A stretch of 64,000 nt of DNA from Candidatus Undinarchaeota archaeon (GCA_964519305.1 CAZFHY010000011.1:70400-134399); one strand, 5' to 3'. Positions 49,503 to 60,421 are shown, counted from the first letter of the stretch. Numbers and translations: made by a program. The notes: generated from the letters alone by a model not told the origin.

Positions 49503-50316
49503 GATAATCCCCCTATCCCAGACCCACATCCACGAACACACCCTCGATAAGCCTGCGCGTCGCATTGCGGACCTTATCGCTCACTCAGGTCTCCAGCGCA
49601 ATCCGATCATCGCGGCTGAAGTGGACGGGGATTACATTGTCATAGACGGGATGCACCGGTTCGCTGCCCTTGAGCGCCTGAAATGTAATGGGATAGTGGC
49701 ATGTATAGTGGATTACTTCGACGCTAGCATCGAGCTTAAAGGCTGGTACTTGTCCCTTGACAACTTGAGCTCGGACGAGCTATGCGCAATAATCGAACGC
49801 ACAGCGCCCCATCTAGAGCGACAGGAACTACCTGTTACCGAGGCCCAGAAGAGGATGACCGAGCGTACTGCATCGTTCGGTGTACTTGCGCGGGGTGAGG
49901 CCCACGTGCATGTCTATACGCCTAAAGACGGCTTTGATCTCGAACGATTCATAACTATGGACCAAGCGGTTCTCAAGGCGATTCAAGAGCACGGTACCAC
50001 ATATCGCCTTGTGGGCGATGAGCCCTGTGATAAGATTCTCGCAGCAGATCCCCAGTGCGCTCTGCTTCTCCTTCGTCCTGTGTATCGCAAGCAGGAGGTT
50101 GTTGATCGAGCGCTGGCGGACAAGCTATTCCCTCCCAAGTCAACTCGTCACGTAATCCCCGGCCGGCCACTCCGGCTCGATATACCTCTTAGCATCCTCC
50201 GATCGGACCTTACAGCGGAACAGATGGACAGGATTCTGTGCGAGGAGACCCGAAACCGCTGGAAGCTCCAGAAGATACGTCACTATCCCGAACCGGTCTT
50301 CATCTATGATGAGTGA
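49483..50316 (+). CDS. ParB/sulfiredoxin-fold (ParB-like nuclease domain) protein.
   Basis: 277 aa. …IIAAEVDGDYIVIDGMHRFAALERL… resembles the ParB-N DGHHR motif. Confidence 0.5.
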   Translation: MELPNLRIIPLSQTHIHEHTLDKPARRIADLIAHSGLQRNPIIAAEVDGDYIVIDGMHRFAALERLKCNGIVACIVDYFDASIELKGWYLSLDNLSSDELCAIIERTAPHLERQELPVTEAQKRMTERTASFGVLARGEAHVHVYTPKDGFDLERFITMDQAVLKAIQEHGTTYRLVGDEPCDKILAADPQCALLLLRPVYRKQEVVDRALADKLFPPKSTRHVIPGRPLRLDIPLSILRSDLTAEQMDRILCEETRNRWKLQKIRHYPEPVFIYDE

Positions 50317-50365
50317 GGTCGGGGCCGGGCTGTCCCCACAAGCTTTATAGGTTTACAGGCGCCGT

Positions 50366-50440
50366 ACGAACGTGCGGGCTCGTGGTCTAGCCTGGATATG
50401 ACGTCTGGCTTCGGACCAGAAGGTCGCGGGTTCGAATCCT
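50366..50440 (+). tRNA. tRNA-Arg (anticodon TCG), CCA not encoded.
   Basis: 75-nt cloverleaf folded by eye: acceptor GGGCTCG/CGGGCCC (one G-U pair), anticodon stem TCTGG/CCAGA with loop CTTCGGA, T-arm GCGGG-TTCGAAT-CCTGC, discriminator A. Confidence 0.8.
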
Positions 50441-50485
50441 GCCGGGCCCATGGGGGGGGCTTCGTGCCCCTCCCTCCCTATCCTA

Positions 50486-51421
50486 TCACTCCAGGTCCTC
50501 GCGCTCGACCAGCAAAGTGATGCGGTTGGTGCGCCCCAGCGGGCTTTTCTTCAGGATGCCTCGCTTCTCCAGGTCCCGGACCATATAGGACACCTTCGCT
50601 TTTGAGTACCCGACGACCCTCGCAAGATCGTTCTGCTTCAGTTCACCTTCGGATTCAAGAAGGGCATCGACTACCTGTCTCTCATCATCCCTGAGTACGA
50701 ATCCGAATGTCCGGGGCTTACGGGCCGTGCGTGGGAATGACTGGCCTATCCGGAAGGCTGCAGCTACGGCGATGACCGCTGCCACGGCCCAATACGGTGT
50801 GCTGCTTCGTGCAATGGGATTGAAACGAACGAAGTACCAAAGGCTCTCCTCGCTGGCCAGGTCGCGTCGCTCCCACTCGAACTCGAGCTTCCTTCCATCC
50901 GTGCGTATAATGGCGTTGGGGCTGATTACCGGACGTAGCTGTGACGGTTCTTTGTCCAGTTCCACGGGGAGTACATAACCCTCAGGAAGGATTAACGTGA
51001 GGCGGAAGAGTGCTGTGTCGGAGAGCAGTGAGAACCTGGTGGATAGTTCATACGAGTCATCAGCTCGGCGAACGCAATCTGACTTGTCGTACTCGATATA
51101 CATGATCTTAGAGTCCCGCTCGACCAACGGTTCTCGATACGGGAAATGGAAGAGCGTGTCTGCTTCACGAGCAGTCTGGCGATACTCCAATGGACCCCCT
51201 GTATCGTAAACCTTCACCTGCTGAACGCCCTTGGGGAGCACATGGTTGATTCCGATGAGGCGATACGGTTCTCCCTGCTCTATGGTCTTGTTCAGTGCGA
51301 TGTGGAAATGACATGCGAGGTCGTCACCCACGGAAACTGTGACTACTTGCTCCTCAATAATGCGTCCGCTGGCGAGAGCGAGTAGGATGAACGCGATAAG
51401 GATATCAGTGCGAAATCCCAT
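50486..51421 (-). CDS. Membrane-anchored winged-helix regulator, paralog of complement(4449..5414).
   Basis: 311 aa. Signal peptide, LPEGYVLPVELDKEPSQLRPVISPNAIIRTDGRKLEFEWERR, TM helix YWAVAAVIAVAAAFRIG, C-terminal wHTH …LARVVGYSKAKVSYMVRDLEKRGILKKSPLGRTNRITL. Confidence 0.7.
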   Translation of the reverse strand: MGFRTDILIAFILLALASGRIIEEQVVTVSVGDDLACHFHIALNKTIEQGEPYRLIGINHVLPKGVQQVKVYDTGGPLEYRQTAREADTLFHFPYREPLVERDSKIMYIEYDKSDCVRRADDSYELSTRFSLLSDTALFRLTLILPEGYVLPVELDKEPSQLRPVISPNAIIRTDGRKLEFEWERRDLASEESLWYFVRFNPIARSSTPYWAVAAVIAVAAAFRIGQSFPRTARKPRTFGFVLRDDERQVVDALLESEGELKQNDLARVVGYSKAKVSYMVRDLEKRGILKKSPLGRTNRITLLVEREDLE

Positions 51422-51660
51422 CTAATCATTCATTAGCTTTTATGAAATATATATATTTCCCAATAGCGCGTCTAAACCTCAAATAAACCGCTATTAACAT
51501 AGATTAACATTAATGAATATTAATACCTTATTTGAAGGCCAAATCATCCGTTTTCGACTAACCATTAACGGACGTTAGCAGAAGGATTAATAAAGCCTGA
51601 GCAACTACACTATATTGCACTTGTCTCCCTTCCTTTCTCTCTTCTTTCTTATTTTATAGA
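51422..51660 (+). other. AT-rich (about 30% GC) 239-nt intergenic island between divergent/tandem minus-strand genes.
   Basis: Compositional outlier. Multiple TATA-like tracts (AAATATATATATTTCC, TTAATACCTTATTT). Confidence 0.4.
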
Positions 51661-52113
51661 TTATTCAGATGAATCTACTTCTGTAGAAGATGGGCTCCCC
51701 TTGCCCTTTTTTCTCACTTCAGACATGACATTTTCCCACTCCAGGGGGCGCCCCCACATGTTTACGGCGATTCTGACTAGAATTGGATCGTCGGTTCCAG
51801 ATATCAGAGCGCCCGTAAGTGCTGAAGCCTTGTCGAAGCGGAGCACGAAAGCAGATCCGCGGGAGGCAGGTGAAGCTGGAACTTCGGGAGGGAAGCGTGA
51901 AATGACCTCCCGAATGGCCCGGGAACTCTCGATACGCCCCTCGATGATGGTGATGGGATTGCCGAAGTGACCTGAAGCGGAACGTACGTTCAGTACGATA
52001 TTATCGGGAAGGATCGTGCGAAGTGCAGTCCTTACCTTCTCCACCGACTCTGTTGCGTGGCAGAAAGCCTTCGCCGAGAGGGAGGAGAACCTCAAACCTT
52101 TTCCGTGCCCCAT
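51661..52113 (-). CDS. UPF0201 / COG1325 family protein (predicted RNA-binding, exosome-associated).
   Basis: 150 aa. AFCHATESVEKVRTAL motif typical of the family. Adjacent to rpl15e, as is common in archaea. Confidence 0.5.
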   Translation of the reverse strand: MGHGKGLRFSSLSAKAFCHATESVEKVRTALRTILPDNIVLNVRSASGHFGNPITIIEGRIESSRAIREVISRFPPEVPASPASRGSAFVLRFDKASALTGALISGTDDPILVRIAVNMWGRPLEWENVMSEVRKKGKGSPSSTEVDSSE

Positions 52114-52640
52114 CCCTTGTTGGCCAGACCACGACCACGCTTTCCTGCAGTGGTAATACCACGGAATGCACGACCGCGGTGGGACCCCTCAGCGATCCAT
52201 GATAGTTTCCGGTCAGCTTTGATCGTAGGGTGGTTCGGATCAATCATGATGACCTCGTACCAAGCAGAGACGCCGTCGTTCCCCACTAGATAGGAGTTGA
52301 GGACCTCAAGATTGGCATACTTCCGAGAAGCGTGCACCTCAGCGATGGTCTGAAGGTTCTTTCCGGGTGAGAATTTGACGGCACCCGCTCGCTTAGGGCG
52401 ACGACCATGGACCGGGCGAGTGCGCTTGCGACCGCCCTTCTTGACACGGGAACGTACCACGAGGACGCCCTGTTTGGCCTTATAGCCAAGGGACCGTGCC
52501 TTATCGAGGCGGGTCGGGCGGTCTACGCGGACCACGGAACCCTCTGATCGCCATTTGATATAGCGCTCCCTTTGTGCGTCCTTGAATGGGGACACCTTGG
52601 TCTTGCGCCATGCGAGTGCCATGTGCTTGTACATGCTCAT
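52092..52640 (-). CDS. rpl15e: Ribosomal protein L15e.
   Basis: MSMYKHMALAWRK…RVDRPTRLDKARSLGYKAKQGVLVVRSRVKKGGRKRTRPVHGRRPKRAGA… From the internal ATG at 52638-52640 (the frame is open to 52694). Confidence 0.9.
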   Translation of the reverse strand: MSMYKHMALAWRKTKVSPFKDAQRERYIKWRSEGSVVRVDRPTRLDKARSLGYKAKQGVLVVRSRVKKGGRKRTRPVHGRRPKRAGAVKFSPGKNLQTIAEVHASRKYANLEVLNSYLVGNDGVSAWYEVIMIDPNHPTIKADRKLSWIAEGSHRGRAFRGITTAGKRGRGLANKGWGTEKV

Positions 52641-52733
52641 CCTTTTCACCTGAAGAACATCAGCTGCTGATGGTTTCGGCACGTCTTCGCCCAATCGTTT
52701 TAAACCTTTTGGAAGAAACGAGCGCCCCGGGCC

Positions 52734-54764
52734 TCAATGCTCATGGTCATGCTCGTCTTCAAGGTCATCGTCATCCTCGAGCTCCTCTTCCTCCTCGTCA
52801 GGGGGATCGGGGGGCGGCATCTCGGGTTTCTCGGGGGTAGATCGTTCACTTGTTGGTATGGGTTCCGGCGGTGGCGTGCGGTATGTTAGGAGTACGATCA
52901 CGAACACGATGACAACGACCATGATGAGAAGGCTCTTGAGGACCTTTCCCGTGGGATCCGATCGGGCCACGGTCGTGACGTTATCGGGAGTCGGCGATGC
53001 GATCTGAGTCCCGTTGACCGACATCTCTGCAAGCTGTGTGAAGCATACCAGTGAGCCATTGATGGTGGTCAGGCTCGCATTGAACGCTCCAGGCAGCATA
53101 GGGGACATTCGCTGCCGGCAAACATCCCTGATAGCCTCAAGAACGAGACGGTCTGTAACCGAGGCGTTCGCGATTATATCCGTCGTTAAAACCATTTCCC
53201 CGCCGTCGAGGGCATCTGCGATCTCACGGGTCTTGGACGTCTCCGAGAGACTAGTTATCAAACGCTGGACGTCTGTGTCGATCCAAACCTCCATAGCGAG
53301 AGGGAGGAGGTTGATGCACACATCGTCCGGAACGGGTGGTTGGCATGCGGTGTACATGCTCAGGTGGTACTGGTCACCCAGGGTCGTCGAGAGGGTGATA
53401 CCCAGAGAACAGGTCTTGTTCACGAGCATGGTGTGATTTGACTCCCACGCCCATTTGTACACGCTCTCGAGCCCCATCAGTACTTGAAAGTCTTTTTCCC
53501 AGGTCTGGTTGGCCGATGCATAAGGGCTCGCAAGCAGATCGAGGAGCTCACCTGCCCGGTCGTTCTCAAGCCGACCATATATGCGGACTGCCTTGAATGT
53601 GAGGGGGATATACTGGAGCTCCCGTGTCCTGATGATATTCAGGATGTTGTCCAAGCTAGCTAGGTAGTAGGTATCTGCTTTCACGGGTTCTCCGGCTTTC
53701 TTGTAGAGTTCTGCGATACCGAAGGACCATTGGGCAAGAGCGTTCTCGGGCAAATCGCTGCCAGTGGGGATGGCCTTCCGATAGGCCTCAGCGGCAGCGA
53801 GGTAACGTTCCTGCACACGTTCGCGATCGCACAGACGTTCGTATACACGAGCAGCTGCTTCATGGTCCTCAGCACGTCGCATCCCCTCCGTGGCATTGGC
53901 CGCTTCGTCAAGACGCTGGGCGTAGAGCTGGAGGGTACGCTCCGCTTTATCAATGGACCCGATATCGGTGAAGGCTTGGGCCAGAGGTTCGTAATAGGTG
54001 AGGTCCGCGTTGAGTTTGTTCGAGTACCAGGGGATAAGTGCGTTCTGGATTGAGGCCAACTCTTCGACGTCGTCAAGGAGGCGGTACTGCTCGGCAAGGG
54101 TCCTTAGGTCGTTCCAGCGGGTCTTGTTGGCCGAATCCTGGGCCACGATCCGACGGAGTAATCCTGTCGCTTTTCGCCTGCAGAACTCTTCATTGGCCAC
54201 GTTCAGCATCAGTCTGTAATACCGGGCGGCCTCGATATAGGTATAGGCCGCATCACGCATGGTCCGTGGCTCGTCCTCCTGAAGGTCTGCAGTGTGACGG
54301 ATACTGGAAGCCATGTAGGCGATGTATCGCTCCTCCTCAACACGGATACGGATGGGGAAGGTGAATGAACGGTTGGTATAGTGTATGGCGATACCGCCCT
54401 CCCATAGACCCGGATCCGTTGTGTTGAAGCTTATGCGTTCGATTCGCAGTTCCCGATCGCGATCTAAGAGCAGTGTCGTGTTCTCGAACCAACGCATCCG
54501 CTTTACGGAACTCTCGGAGCGAATGGATACCTCGGTGATGTTCGTGACATTCACCAAATCACCGGTGGGGAGGAGCGTGACGTTCTGGGGTGAGCCAAGG
54601 TTGTGGAAAGCAAAGGGTCCGTTGGTGATGTTGACGGGGAGCTCGGCCGTTGACACGACCATATGCTGAATTGCCGGATCGTAGAGCTGGATGGCCAAAT
54701 CGTCCTCGGCCATGACCGTAAGAACGAGAAGGAGTGCAAGGATGACGGCACCGCGGCGGGACAT
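52734..54764 (-). CDS. Large secreted surface protein with at least 16 N-glycosylation sequons, a C-terminal TM anchor and an extremely acidic cytoplasmic tail.
   Basis: 676 aa. Signal peptide AVILALLLVLTVMA. C-terminal LIMVVVIVFVIVLLTY then PPDPPDEEEEELEDDDDLEDEHDHEH. Confidence 0.7.
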   Translation of the reverse strand: MSRRGAVILALLLVLTVMAEDDLAIQLYDPAIQHMVVSTAELPVNITNGPFAFHNLGSPQNVTLLPTGDLVNVTNITEVSIRSESSVKRMRWFENTTLLLDRDRELRIERISFNTTDPGLWEGGIAIHYTNRSFTFPIRIRVEEERYIAYMASSIRHTADLQEDEPRTMRDAAYTYIEAARYYRLMLNVANEEFCRRKATGLLRRIVAQDSANKTRWNDLRTLAEQYRLLDDVEELASIQNALIPWYSNKLNADLTYYEPLAQAFTDIGSIDKAERTLQLYAQRLDEAANATEGMRRAEDHEAAARVYERLCDRERVQERYLAAAEAYRKAIPTGSDLPENALAQWSFGIAELYKKAGEPVKADTYYLASLDNILNIIRTRELQYIPLTFKAVRIYGRLENDRAGELLDLLASPYASANQTWEKDFQVLMGLESVYKWAWESNHTMLVNKTCSLGITLSTTLGDQYHLSMYTACQPPVPDDVCINLLPLAMEVWIDTDVQRLITSLSETSKTREIADALDGGEMVLTTDIIANASVTDRLVLEAIRDVCRQRMSPMLPGAFNASLTTINGSLVCFTQLAEMSVNGTQIASPTPDNVTTVARSDPTGKVLKSLLIMVVVIVFVIVLLTYRTPPPEPIPTSERSTPEKPEMPPPDPPDEEEEELEDDDDLEDEHDHEH

Positions 54765-54826
54765 TACCTGTCATCCTTCCTGCTAAAAGCTTATATTGTT
54801 TGTAGCGGCCGCGCGGTGCGATTACG

Positions 54827-55726
54827 ATGTCACAGGAGGCCGGGACGATGGGCGGGACACTCACCCTCTACGACTATTGCTGCAACGCCCTTGCCCGCTC
54901 CTCCTTTCCGTCTGTGTCGGTTACCGGCGCTGGTTGCGCTCTGGACTGTGCTCATTGCGGCAGGACCTTCCTCCGTCACATGCATGCTGCTACGACGCCG
55001 GAGAGATTATCCTCGTTCCTTGACGAGCTCTGGACCGGGGGGGGTACGGGCTGTCTTGTGTCCGGGGGTTGTGACCGTGATGGACGTGTCCCCCTCCGCC
55101 CATTCATTCCAGTGCTTGCAGAGGCCAAACGGGCGACTGAGCTGCAGCTCAACGTCCATTGCGGCTTGGTGGACGCGGAGGACGCCCGACTCCTAGCAAC
55201 AACCGATATCGACGTGGTTTCCCTGGACCTCATCGGGGACCGCGCGACCGCCCGTGAGGTTTACGGGCTCGACCGAGGGCCGGAGGATTATCTTGGTAGC
55301 TATCGGGACCTGGTCGCTTCAGGGCTCCCCGTGGTACCGCACATCACCATCGGACTCCACTTCGGTCAGGTCCGGGGGGAACGGACCGCTCTCGAGATGG
55401 CTGCGTCCATGGACGCCCCCCTGGTCGTGTTCCTCATCCTTCTCCCCACCCCTGGTACCCGGATGGCCGATGTCGAACCGCCATCAGCGGATATCGTGAC
55501 CGAGGTGTTCGCGTCCGCGCGCGAGCTCCTCCCGGGGACAGAGCTTGCTCTCGGATGTATGCGACCCCGGGGCCCAGATGGCAGGGCTATCGAGCTGTTG
55601 GCCCTTGATCACGGTTTCGAACGAATGGCCATGCCCTCGCTTGAGGTCCACTCGGCCGCTCGCCGTCGGGGGATTGAGGTCATCAAAGCCAAGGGATGCT
55701 GTACGCTCCCTGTGCCGCGCGGGTAG
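54827..55726 (+). CDS. Radical SAM domain protein.
   Basis: 299 aa. GCALDCAHCGR (C-x3-C-x2-C) near the N-terminus. Confidence 0.6.
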   Translation: MSQEAGTMGGTLTLYDYCCNALARSSFPSVSVTGAGCALDCAHCGRTFLRHMHAATTPERLSSFLDELWTGGGTGCLVSGGCDRDGRVPLRPFIPVLAEAKRATELQLNVHCGLVDAEDARLLATTDIDVVSLDLIGDRATAREVYGLDRGPEDYLGSYRDLVASGLPVVPHITIGLHFGQVRGERTALEMAASMDAPLVVFLILLPTPGTRMADVEPPSADIVTEVFASARELLPGTELALGCMRPRGPDGRAIELLALDHGFERMAMPSLEVHSAARRRGIEVIKAKGCCTLPVPRG

Positions 55727-55773
55727 CGTAAACCGGGATAGATTCTTAAAACAAGAAATACATTATTGGTCCG

Positions 55774-56148
55774 ATGGACGACGATGAGCTCTCGCGTATA
55801 AAAGCGCGGAAGCTTGCAGAGATGAAAAGCCGCATCGAGCAGGAAGAGGCCCAGAAAAATGAGGAAGAGCAGTATAAGGCCCTGATCGGTGCACGCCGCA
55901 ATCAGCTGCTCAAGGAGATACTAGCGCCCTCAGGAAAAGAGTATCTTGGAAAGATTCGCACGTCCAAGCCTGACCTGGCACGGACAATCGAGGACACACT
56001 TATACTCCTGATATCTAGAGGACGACTGAGGGGGAAGGTGGATGAGCTCGCCATTAAAGTACTTGAGAGGCGGATTGAGCGTAAAGAACCCTCCATTACC
56101 ATCGCCCGCCGGGGTGAGAACCCCTTGACCTTTGGACCAGGCGAGTGA
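55774..56148 (+). CDS. PDCD5/TFAR19-family dsDNA-binding protein (archaeal COG2118).
   Basis: 124 aa. …LLKEILAPSGKEYLGKIRTSKPDLARTIEDTLILLISRGRL…. Confidence 0.65.
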   Translation: MDDDELSRIKARKLAEMKSRIEQEEAQKNEEEQYKALIGARRNQLLKEILAPSGKEYLGKIRTSKPDLARTIEDTLILLISRGRLRGKVDELAIKVLERRIERKEPSITIARRGENPLTFGPGE

Positions 56149-56169
56149 GGATAACGCGGAGTACGAAAT

Positions 56170-57663
56170 ATGGTCGACAATGCTACCCTTGCCGTGAGCG
56201 AAATCCCACCGCTCGGACCATCCCTCGGTCCACAGGACCTAGACTACCTTGCACGTATCTCAGAACCGATAGGGGAGACCTTCCTTGAAGTGATTTCCAA
56301 TCCCGTTGCGGTTGTAGTTACGGGACTCTCGGGAATCATCATGGGCCAGGTGCTCAAGAACACGACGTTCTTCAACACCAAGGGATGGGAGATCGAAATC
56401 ACAGTCCTCCTAATTCTTATTTCCTTGACCGTGGGCGTAGAGAGCGTACAGGAACTCCCTCTCATGGCGCGACATGCCATCGCGGTAGTCCTATGGATTG
56501 CTTATCTGTTCAAGTACGTAACGGCAGGCGCCACACGCAATAAAGCGCGGGAACTGGCGGCCGGGACCGTTATAGGCGGAACGCTCACCATCGTAGGCAT
56601 TGTCCTATTTATCCCGGAAACGCTCCCCAAGGCCTTCATTCTTCCTGTATTACTTGTTGGTGGGAGCCTGGGAGTATGGATAGGATCCTCGGTCGCTGAG
56701 ACCGTATACACAAGCATCCACCACTTGCTCGGCGCCCGTAGGGAGGAACGACATGGCTCTTACACATCTCGGATCGGGGGATACGCCAATGTCCCCCGTC
56801 CTGACGGGCGTCAGCGACGGGATTATCGGCTATGGATCACTCGGTACGCTCCACGCGAGCTCCTTGGCCGCTCGGGTGCGGAGGACAAACGTTACGCCCC
56901 GGGCACCGTGGACGGTGAGGGTGATAGTAAGGGCGATGGAAAGACGAAATACGGTAACCGTGTCACCCGCTACATCCGAAAGCTCCGGGGGCTTCCCGAG
57001 GTGGGGGGGCCTGATGATGCTAAAGAACCCGCTGAGGAGGAAATCCCACCAGAGAAAGATACCGCCCCGGACTCCCTCATCGATGACGAACCACCACTCC
57101 CTATTGAGGATGCAGCCCCGAGCGCGAAGGTCACCGTTACGAGCCCCACTCGACTTCCGTATGGTGCACCTCAGGTGACCTACGACCATACCGTCACACG
57201 GTTCCTTGATCGGGCAAAGAAGGTTTTTGAACCGAAAGTGTACGAACGGCTGGAGGGCGCACTGAACACAGTCTCCGCGCTTGATGCACGAGCAGTGGTA
57301 TCGACCATGGTGAAGACCTCGGCGGCCATGAAGAGCTACAACAGGACCGGGCCCCAGGAACCGTTGAAGATTGGTACCTTCCTCACACGGTTCATTATCC
57401 CAATACTGGGTGACGATGGTTCCGGGATCCGGGACGTCGTGTGGTACGGAGGTCTGGCGACCGACCTACTGGGGATCGGATTGGATCCCCGCCCAACACT
57501 GGAGGTATTCGCCCGTTTCATCGCGCGTGAGCGTTCAGGTGCGTTTTCAGTGACGATTGAGAAGAAGCGTGAGCTTGCACGTTTGGCCGTCAATCTGGCA
57601 AATTCGGGGGATGATCCGTCCGTCCGTCTCCAAGAGGGTATGGGGCGTTTGGGCTATCTATGA
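56170..57663 (+). CDS. Hypothetical membrane protein (4-5 TM N-terminal domain, long soluble C-terminal region).
   Basis: 497 aa. Multiple hydrophobic helices in the first roughly 190 aa. Confidence 0.5.
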   Translation: MVDNATLAVSEIPPLGPSLGPQDLDYLARISEPIGETFLEVISNPVAVVVTGLSGIIMGQVLKNTTFFNTKGWEIEITVLLILISLTVGVESVQELPLMARHAIAVVLWIAYLFKYVTAGATRNKARELAAGTVIGGTLTIVGIVLFIPETLPKAFILPVLLVGGSLGVWIGSSVAETVYTSIHHLLGARREERHGSYTSRIGGYANVPRPDGRQRRDYRLWITRYAPRELLGRSGAEDKRYAPGTVDGEGDSKGDGKTKYGNRVTRYIRKLRGLPEVGGPDDAKEPAEEEIPPEKDTAPDSLIDDEPPLPIEDAAPSAKVTVTSPTRLPYGAPQVTYDHTVTRFLDRAKKVFEPKVYERLEGALNTVSALDARAVVSTMVKTSAAMKSYNRTGPQEPLKIGTFLTRFIIPILGDDGSGIRDVVWYGGLATDLLGIGLDPRPTLEVFARFIARERSGAFSVTIEKKRELARLAVNLANSGDDPSVRLQEGMGRLGYL

Positions 57664-57726
57664 GCGCCCGAACCCCGCAGCTACGCTTTTATGTCTTATC
57701 CTCCCACACGGCCACCGGCGAACACA

Positions 57727-59004
57727 ATGTGCGATACCTTTGAAATCACCGAAATAACTGCGCGTCAGATCATCGACTCTCGCGGTAATCCCACCATCGA
57801 GGTGGACGTTGCGGGTGGCATCGGTTTCGGAAGGGCGGCAGTCCCGTCCGGTGCATCAACAGGGACACATGAGGCCCTTGAACTCCGTGACAAAGGTAAG
57901 GGTTGGCTCGGTAAGGGCGTGCTCAAGGCAGTCAAGAATGTCAACGAGGTAATCGCTCCCGAGCTCATCGGGATGGATGTCCGTGATCAGGTCGCCATCG
58001 ATCGGCTCATGCTCGAACTTGACGGGACGAAGAACAAAGGCAAGCTCGGGGCCAACGCCATCCTTGGCGTGTCCCTGGCGTGCGCTCACGCTGCTGCGGA
58101 CTCGGTGGATCTCCCTCTTTACCGCTACCTCGGTGGGACAGCTGCAAACGTCCTTCCCGTCCCTATGATGAACGTCCTGAACGGTGGAGTTCATGCTGGG
58201 AACGCCATAGAGTTCCAAGAGTTCATGCTCATGCCTATTGGTGCCAGCAGCTTCGCCGAGGGCCTGCGCATGGGAGCGGAGTGCTACCACTCGCTCAAAG
58301 CATACCTGAAGAAAGCCTACGGCGGGGACGCCGTGAACGTGGGTGACGAGGGCGGATTCGCCCCGCCCTGCAAGACAGTGGACGAGGGTCTTGACGCCCT
58401 GATGGCCGCTGTGAAGAACGCCGGCTACATTCCCGGCGAGGACATAGTCATCGCTATGGACTGCGCCGCTGCTGAGTTCTATGACACCAAGAAGAAGGCC
58501 TATATTGTCGGTGGCAAGCCCATCTCCAGCGAGAAGCTCCTCGCTCTCTACGCGGACATCTGCTCCCGCTATCCTATAGTCTCCATCGAGGACCCCTTCG
58601 ACCAGGAGGATTACGGGGCCTATGCTCGAATGACCAAGGACCTGGATATCCAGGTCGTGGGCGACGATCTCTTCGTTACCAACGTGGAGCGGATTCAGCG
58701 CGGTATAGACCTAGGCGCAGCCAATGCTCTTCTACTCAAGGTCAACCAGATCGGGAGTCTCACTGAGTCCATCGCTGCTGCTAACCTCTCATTCCGGAAC
58801 GGGTACGGCGTAGTGGTATCACACCGCTCCGGTGAGACGGAGGACACGACCATTGCCGATATTGCCGTGGCCCTGGCCTGTGGCCAGATCAAGACCGGTG
58901 CTCCCTGTCGTAGCGAAAGGAACGCCAAGTACAACCAGCTACTGCGCATAGAGGAGGAGCTGGGCGAAGCGGCCGTGTTCCCCGGCAGGGACTTCCGCGC
59001 CTAG
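57727..59004 (+). CDS. eno: Enolase (phosphopyruvate hydratase).
   Basis: [19 protein letters not shown]…[15 protein letters not shown]… motifs. Start taken at the ATG at 57727 (the frame is open from 57691). Confidence 0.9.
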   Translation: MCDTFEITEITARQIIDSRGNPTIEVDVAGGIGFGRAAVPSGASTGTHEALELRDKGKGWLGKGVLKAVKNVNEVIAPELIGMDVRDQVAIDRLMLELDGTKNKGKLGANAILGVSLACAHAAADSVDLPLYRYLGGTAANVLPVPMMNVLNGGVHAGNAIEFQEFMLMPIGASSFAEGLRMGAECYHSLKAYLKKAYGGDAVNVGDEGGFAPPCKTVDEGLDALMAAVKNAGYIPGEDIVIAMDCAAAEFYDTKKKAYIVGGKPISSEKLLALYADICSRYPIVSIEDPFDQEDYGAYARMTKDLDIQVVGDDLFVTNVERIQRGIDLGAANALLLKVNQIGSLTESIAAANLSFRNGYGVVVSHRSGETEDTTIADIAVALACGQIKTGAPCRSERNAKYNQLLRIEEELGEAAVFPGRDFRA

Positions 59005-59020
59005 GACCGTCCGAGGTACT

Positions 59021-60421
59021 GTGAACGTGGACGAGCTCGTCGCTGGGATACGGGGCGAACTGGAGCCGGAGCCGCTAGAGGCTGAACGCATACGGTCTCT
59101 TGCGAAGCGTGTGCTGGCTGCTGGCGCCGATCAGGCGAGTCAGTTGGGGATGTCTGCCCGCCCTGTACTCGTGGGCTCGGTAGCGAAGGGTACTTGGCTT
59201 CCCGGTGCCCGTGATGTGGACGTCTTTCTCCTCTTCCCACAAGAGCTCTCCCGCGAGGCGTTGCGTGAACAAGGTCTAGCCCTCGGTCAGGCCGTTGTGA
59301 AGTCCTTGGGTGGGACCGCAACCGTAGCTTATGCCGAACATCCCTATGTGAAGGGCGAAGTGGATGGTTTCGCTGTTGATCTTGTCCCTGCTTATCAGGT
59401 GGACGCTGCAACGAAGAAGGTGTCCAGTGTGGGACGCACCCCTTTTCACACGAAATACGTGTGTGAGCGCATCGACGAGTCACAACGGAGCGAAGTGCGC
59501 CTTCTCAAGCGTTTCTGCACCGGATGCGATCTCTATGGTGCGGACACGAGGACGCAGGGGCTTTCGGGGTATCTGTGCGAGCTGCTCGTGCTCCATTATG
59601 GTTCATTAATCGACGTGTTGGAGGCTGCGGCCTTGTGGGAGCCGCCGATCATCATCGATATTGAGGGTCACCGTGACGAAGGGACAAGATTCTCAGAGCC
59701 ACTTATAGTCATCGATCCCGTCGATCCCCGCCGGAACGTTGCTGCTGCTCTCTCATCGGAGAATCTCCACAAATTCACCTATGCAGCACGTGACTTCCTA
59801 GGGGGGCCGCACCGGCAATTCTTCTTTCCGGCCCCGATCCCCGATCTAAACTGGGATGATCTTCCCCGCAAACTGTCCGGCGATAGACTCGTACTGGTGA
59901 CATTCGAGCCTCCGGATGTGGTCCCTGACCAGCTCTGGCCACAGCTTCGACGGTTCGCCCGCTCCCTGGTAACACAGGCCGAGCGCGAGGGATTCGTCGT
60001 CAGGGCGAACGAAGTGTGGTCCGATGAGAACAAGCTGGCCGTAGTGGCGCTACGGGTGTCAACCTATCGATTGGCACCCACAAGGGTACATCATGGTCCT
60101 TTGCTGGATGCTCCAGGGCCCCATCAGAAGGCCTTTGTAGAGAAACACCGGGCCTTCACTCCACGGGTACACAACCGCCAGTGGGAGGTCGTGCTCCCCC
60201 GCGAGCACACGCTTGTGGAGACGTTCATAGAGGAGGCGGTCATCACAGACGAACAAGGATTAATCCGCATCGGATGTCCTCGCGGTCTTGCTTCAACAGT
60301 AGCGACGAATGGTAGCATGGTAACGATGGAGGCATTGGAGGAGGCCTTCATTGGGAACGACGGGATCCGACGTTTCCTCAACGGCTGGCTTTCTCCTCGT
60401 CGGCGTTGGGAGTGGGACTGA
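59021..60421 (+). CDS. cca: CCA-adding tRNA nucleotidyltransferase, archaeal class I type.
   Basis: 466 aa. …VLVGSVAKGTWLPGARDVDVFLLF…AYAEHPYVKGEVDGFAVDLVP… archaeal Cca motifs. Confidence 0.85.
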   Translation: MNVDELVAGIRGELEPEPLEAERIRSLAKRVLAAGADQASQLGMSARPVLVGSVAKGTWLPGARDVDVFLLFPQELSREALREQGLALGQAVVKSLGGTATVAYAEHPYVKGEVDGFAVDLVPAYQVDAATKKVSSVGRTPFHTKYVCERIDESQRSEVRLLKRFCTGCDLYGADTRTQGLSGYLCELLVLHYGSLIDVLEAAALWEPPIIIDIEGHRDEGTRFSEPLIVIDPVDPRRNVAAALSSENLHKFTYAARDFLGGPHRQFFFPAPIPDLNWDDLPRKLSGDRLVLVTFEPPDVVPDQLWPQLRRFARSLVTQAEREGFVVRANEVWSDENKLAVVALRVSTYRLAPTRVHHGPLLDAPGPHQKAFVEKHRAFTPRVHNRQWEVVLPREHTLVETFIEEAVITDEQGLIRIGCPRGLASTVATNGSMVTMEALEEAFIGNDGIRRFLNGWLSPRRRWEWD

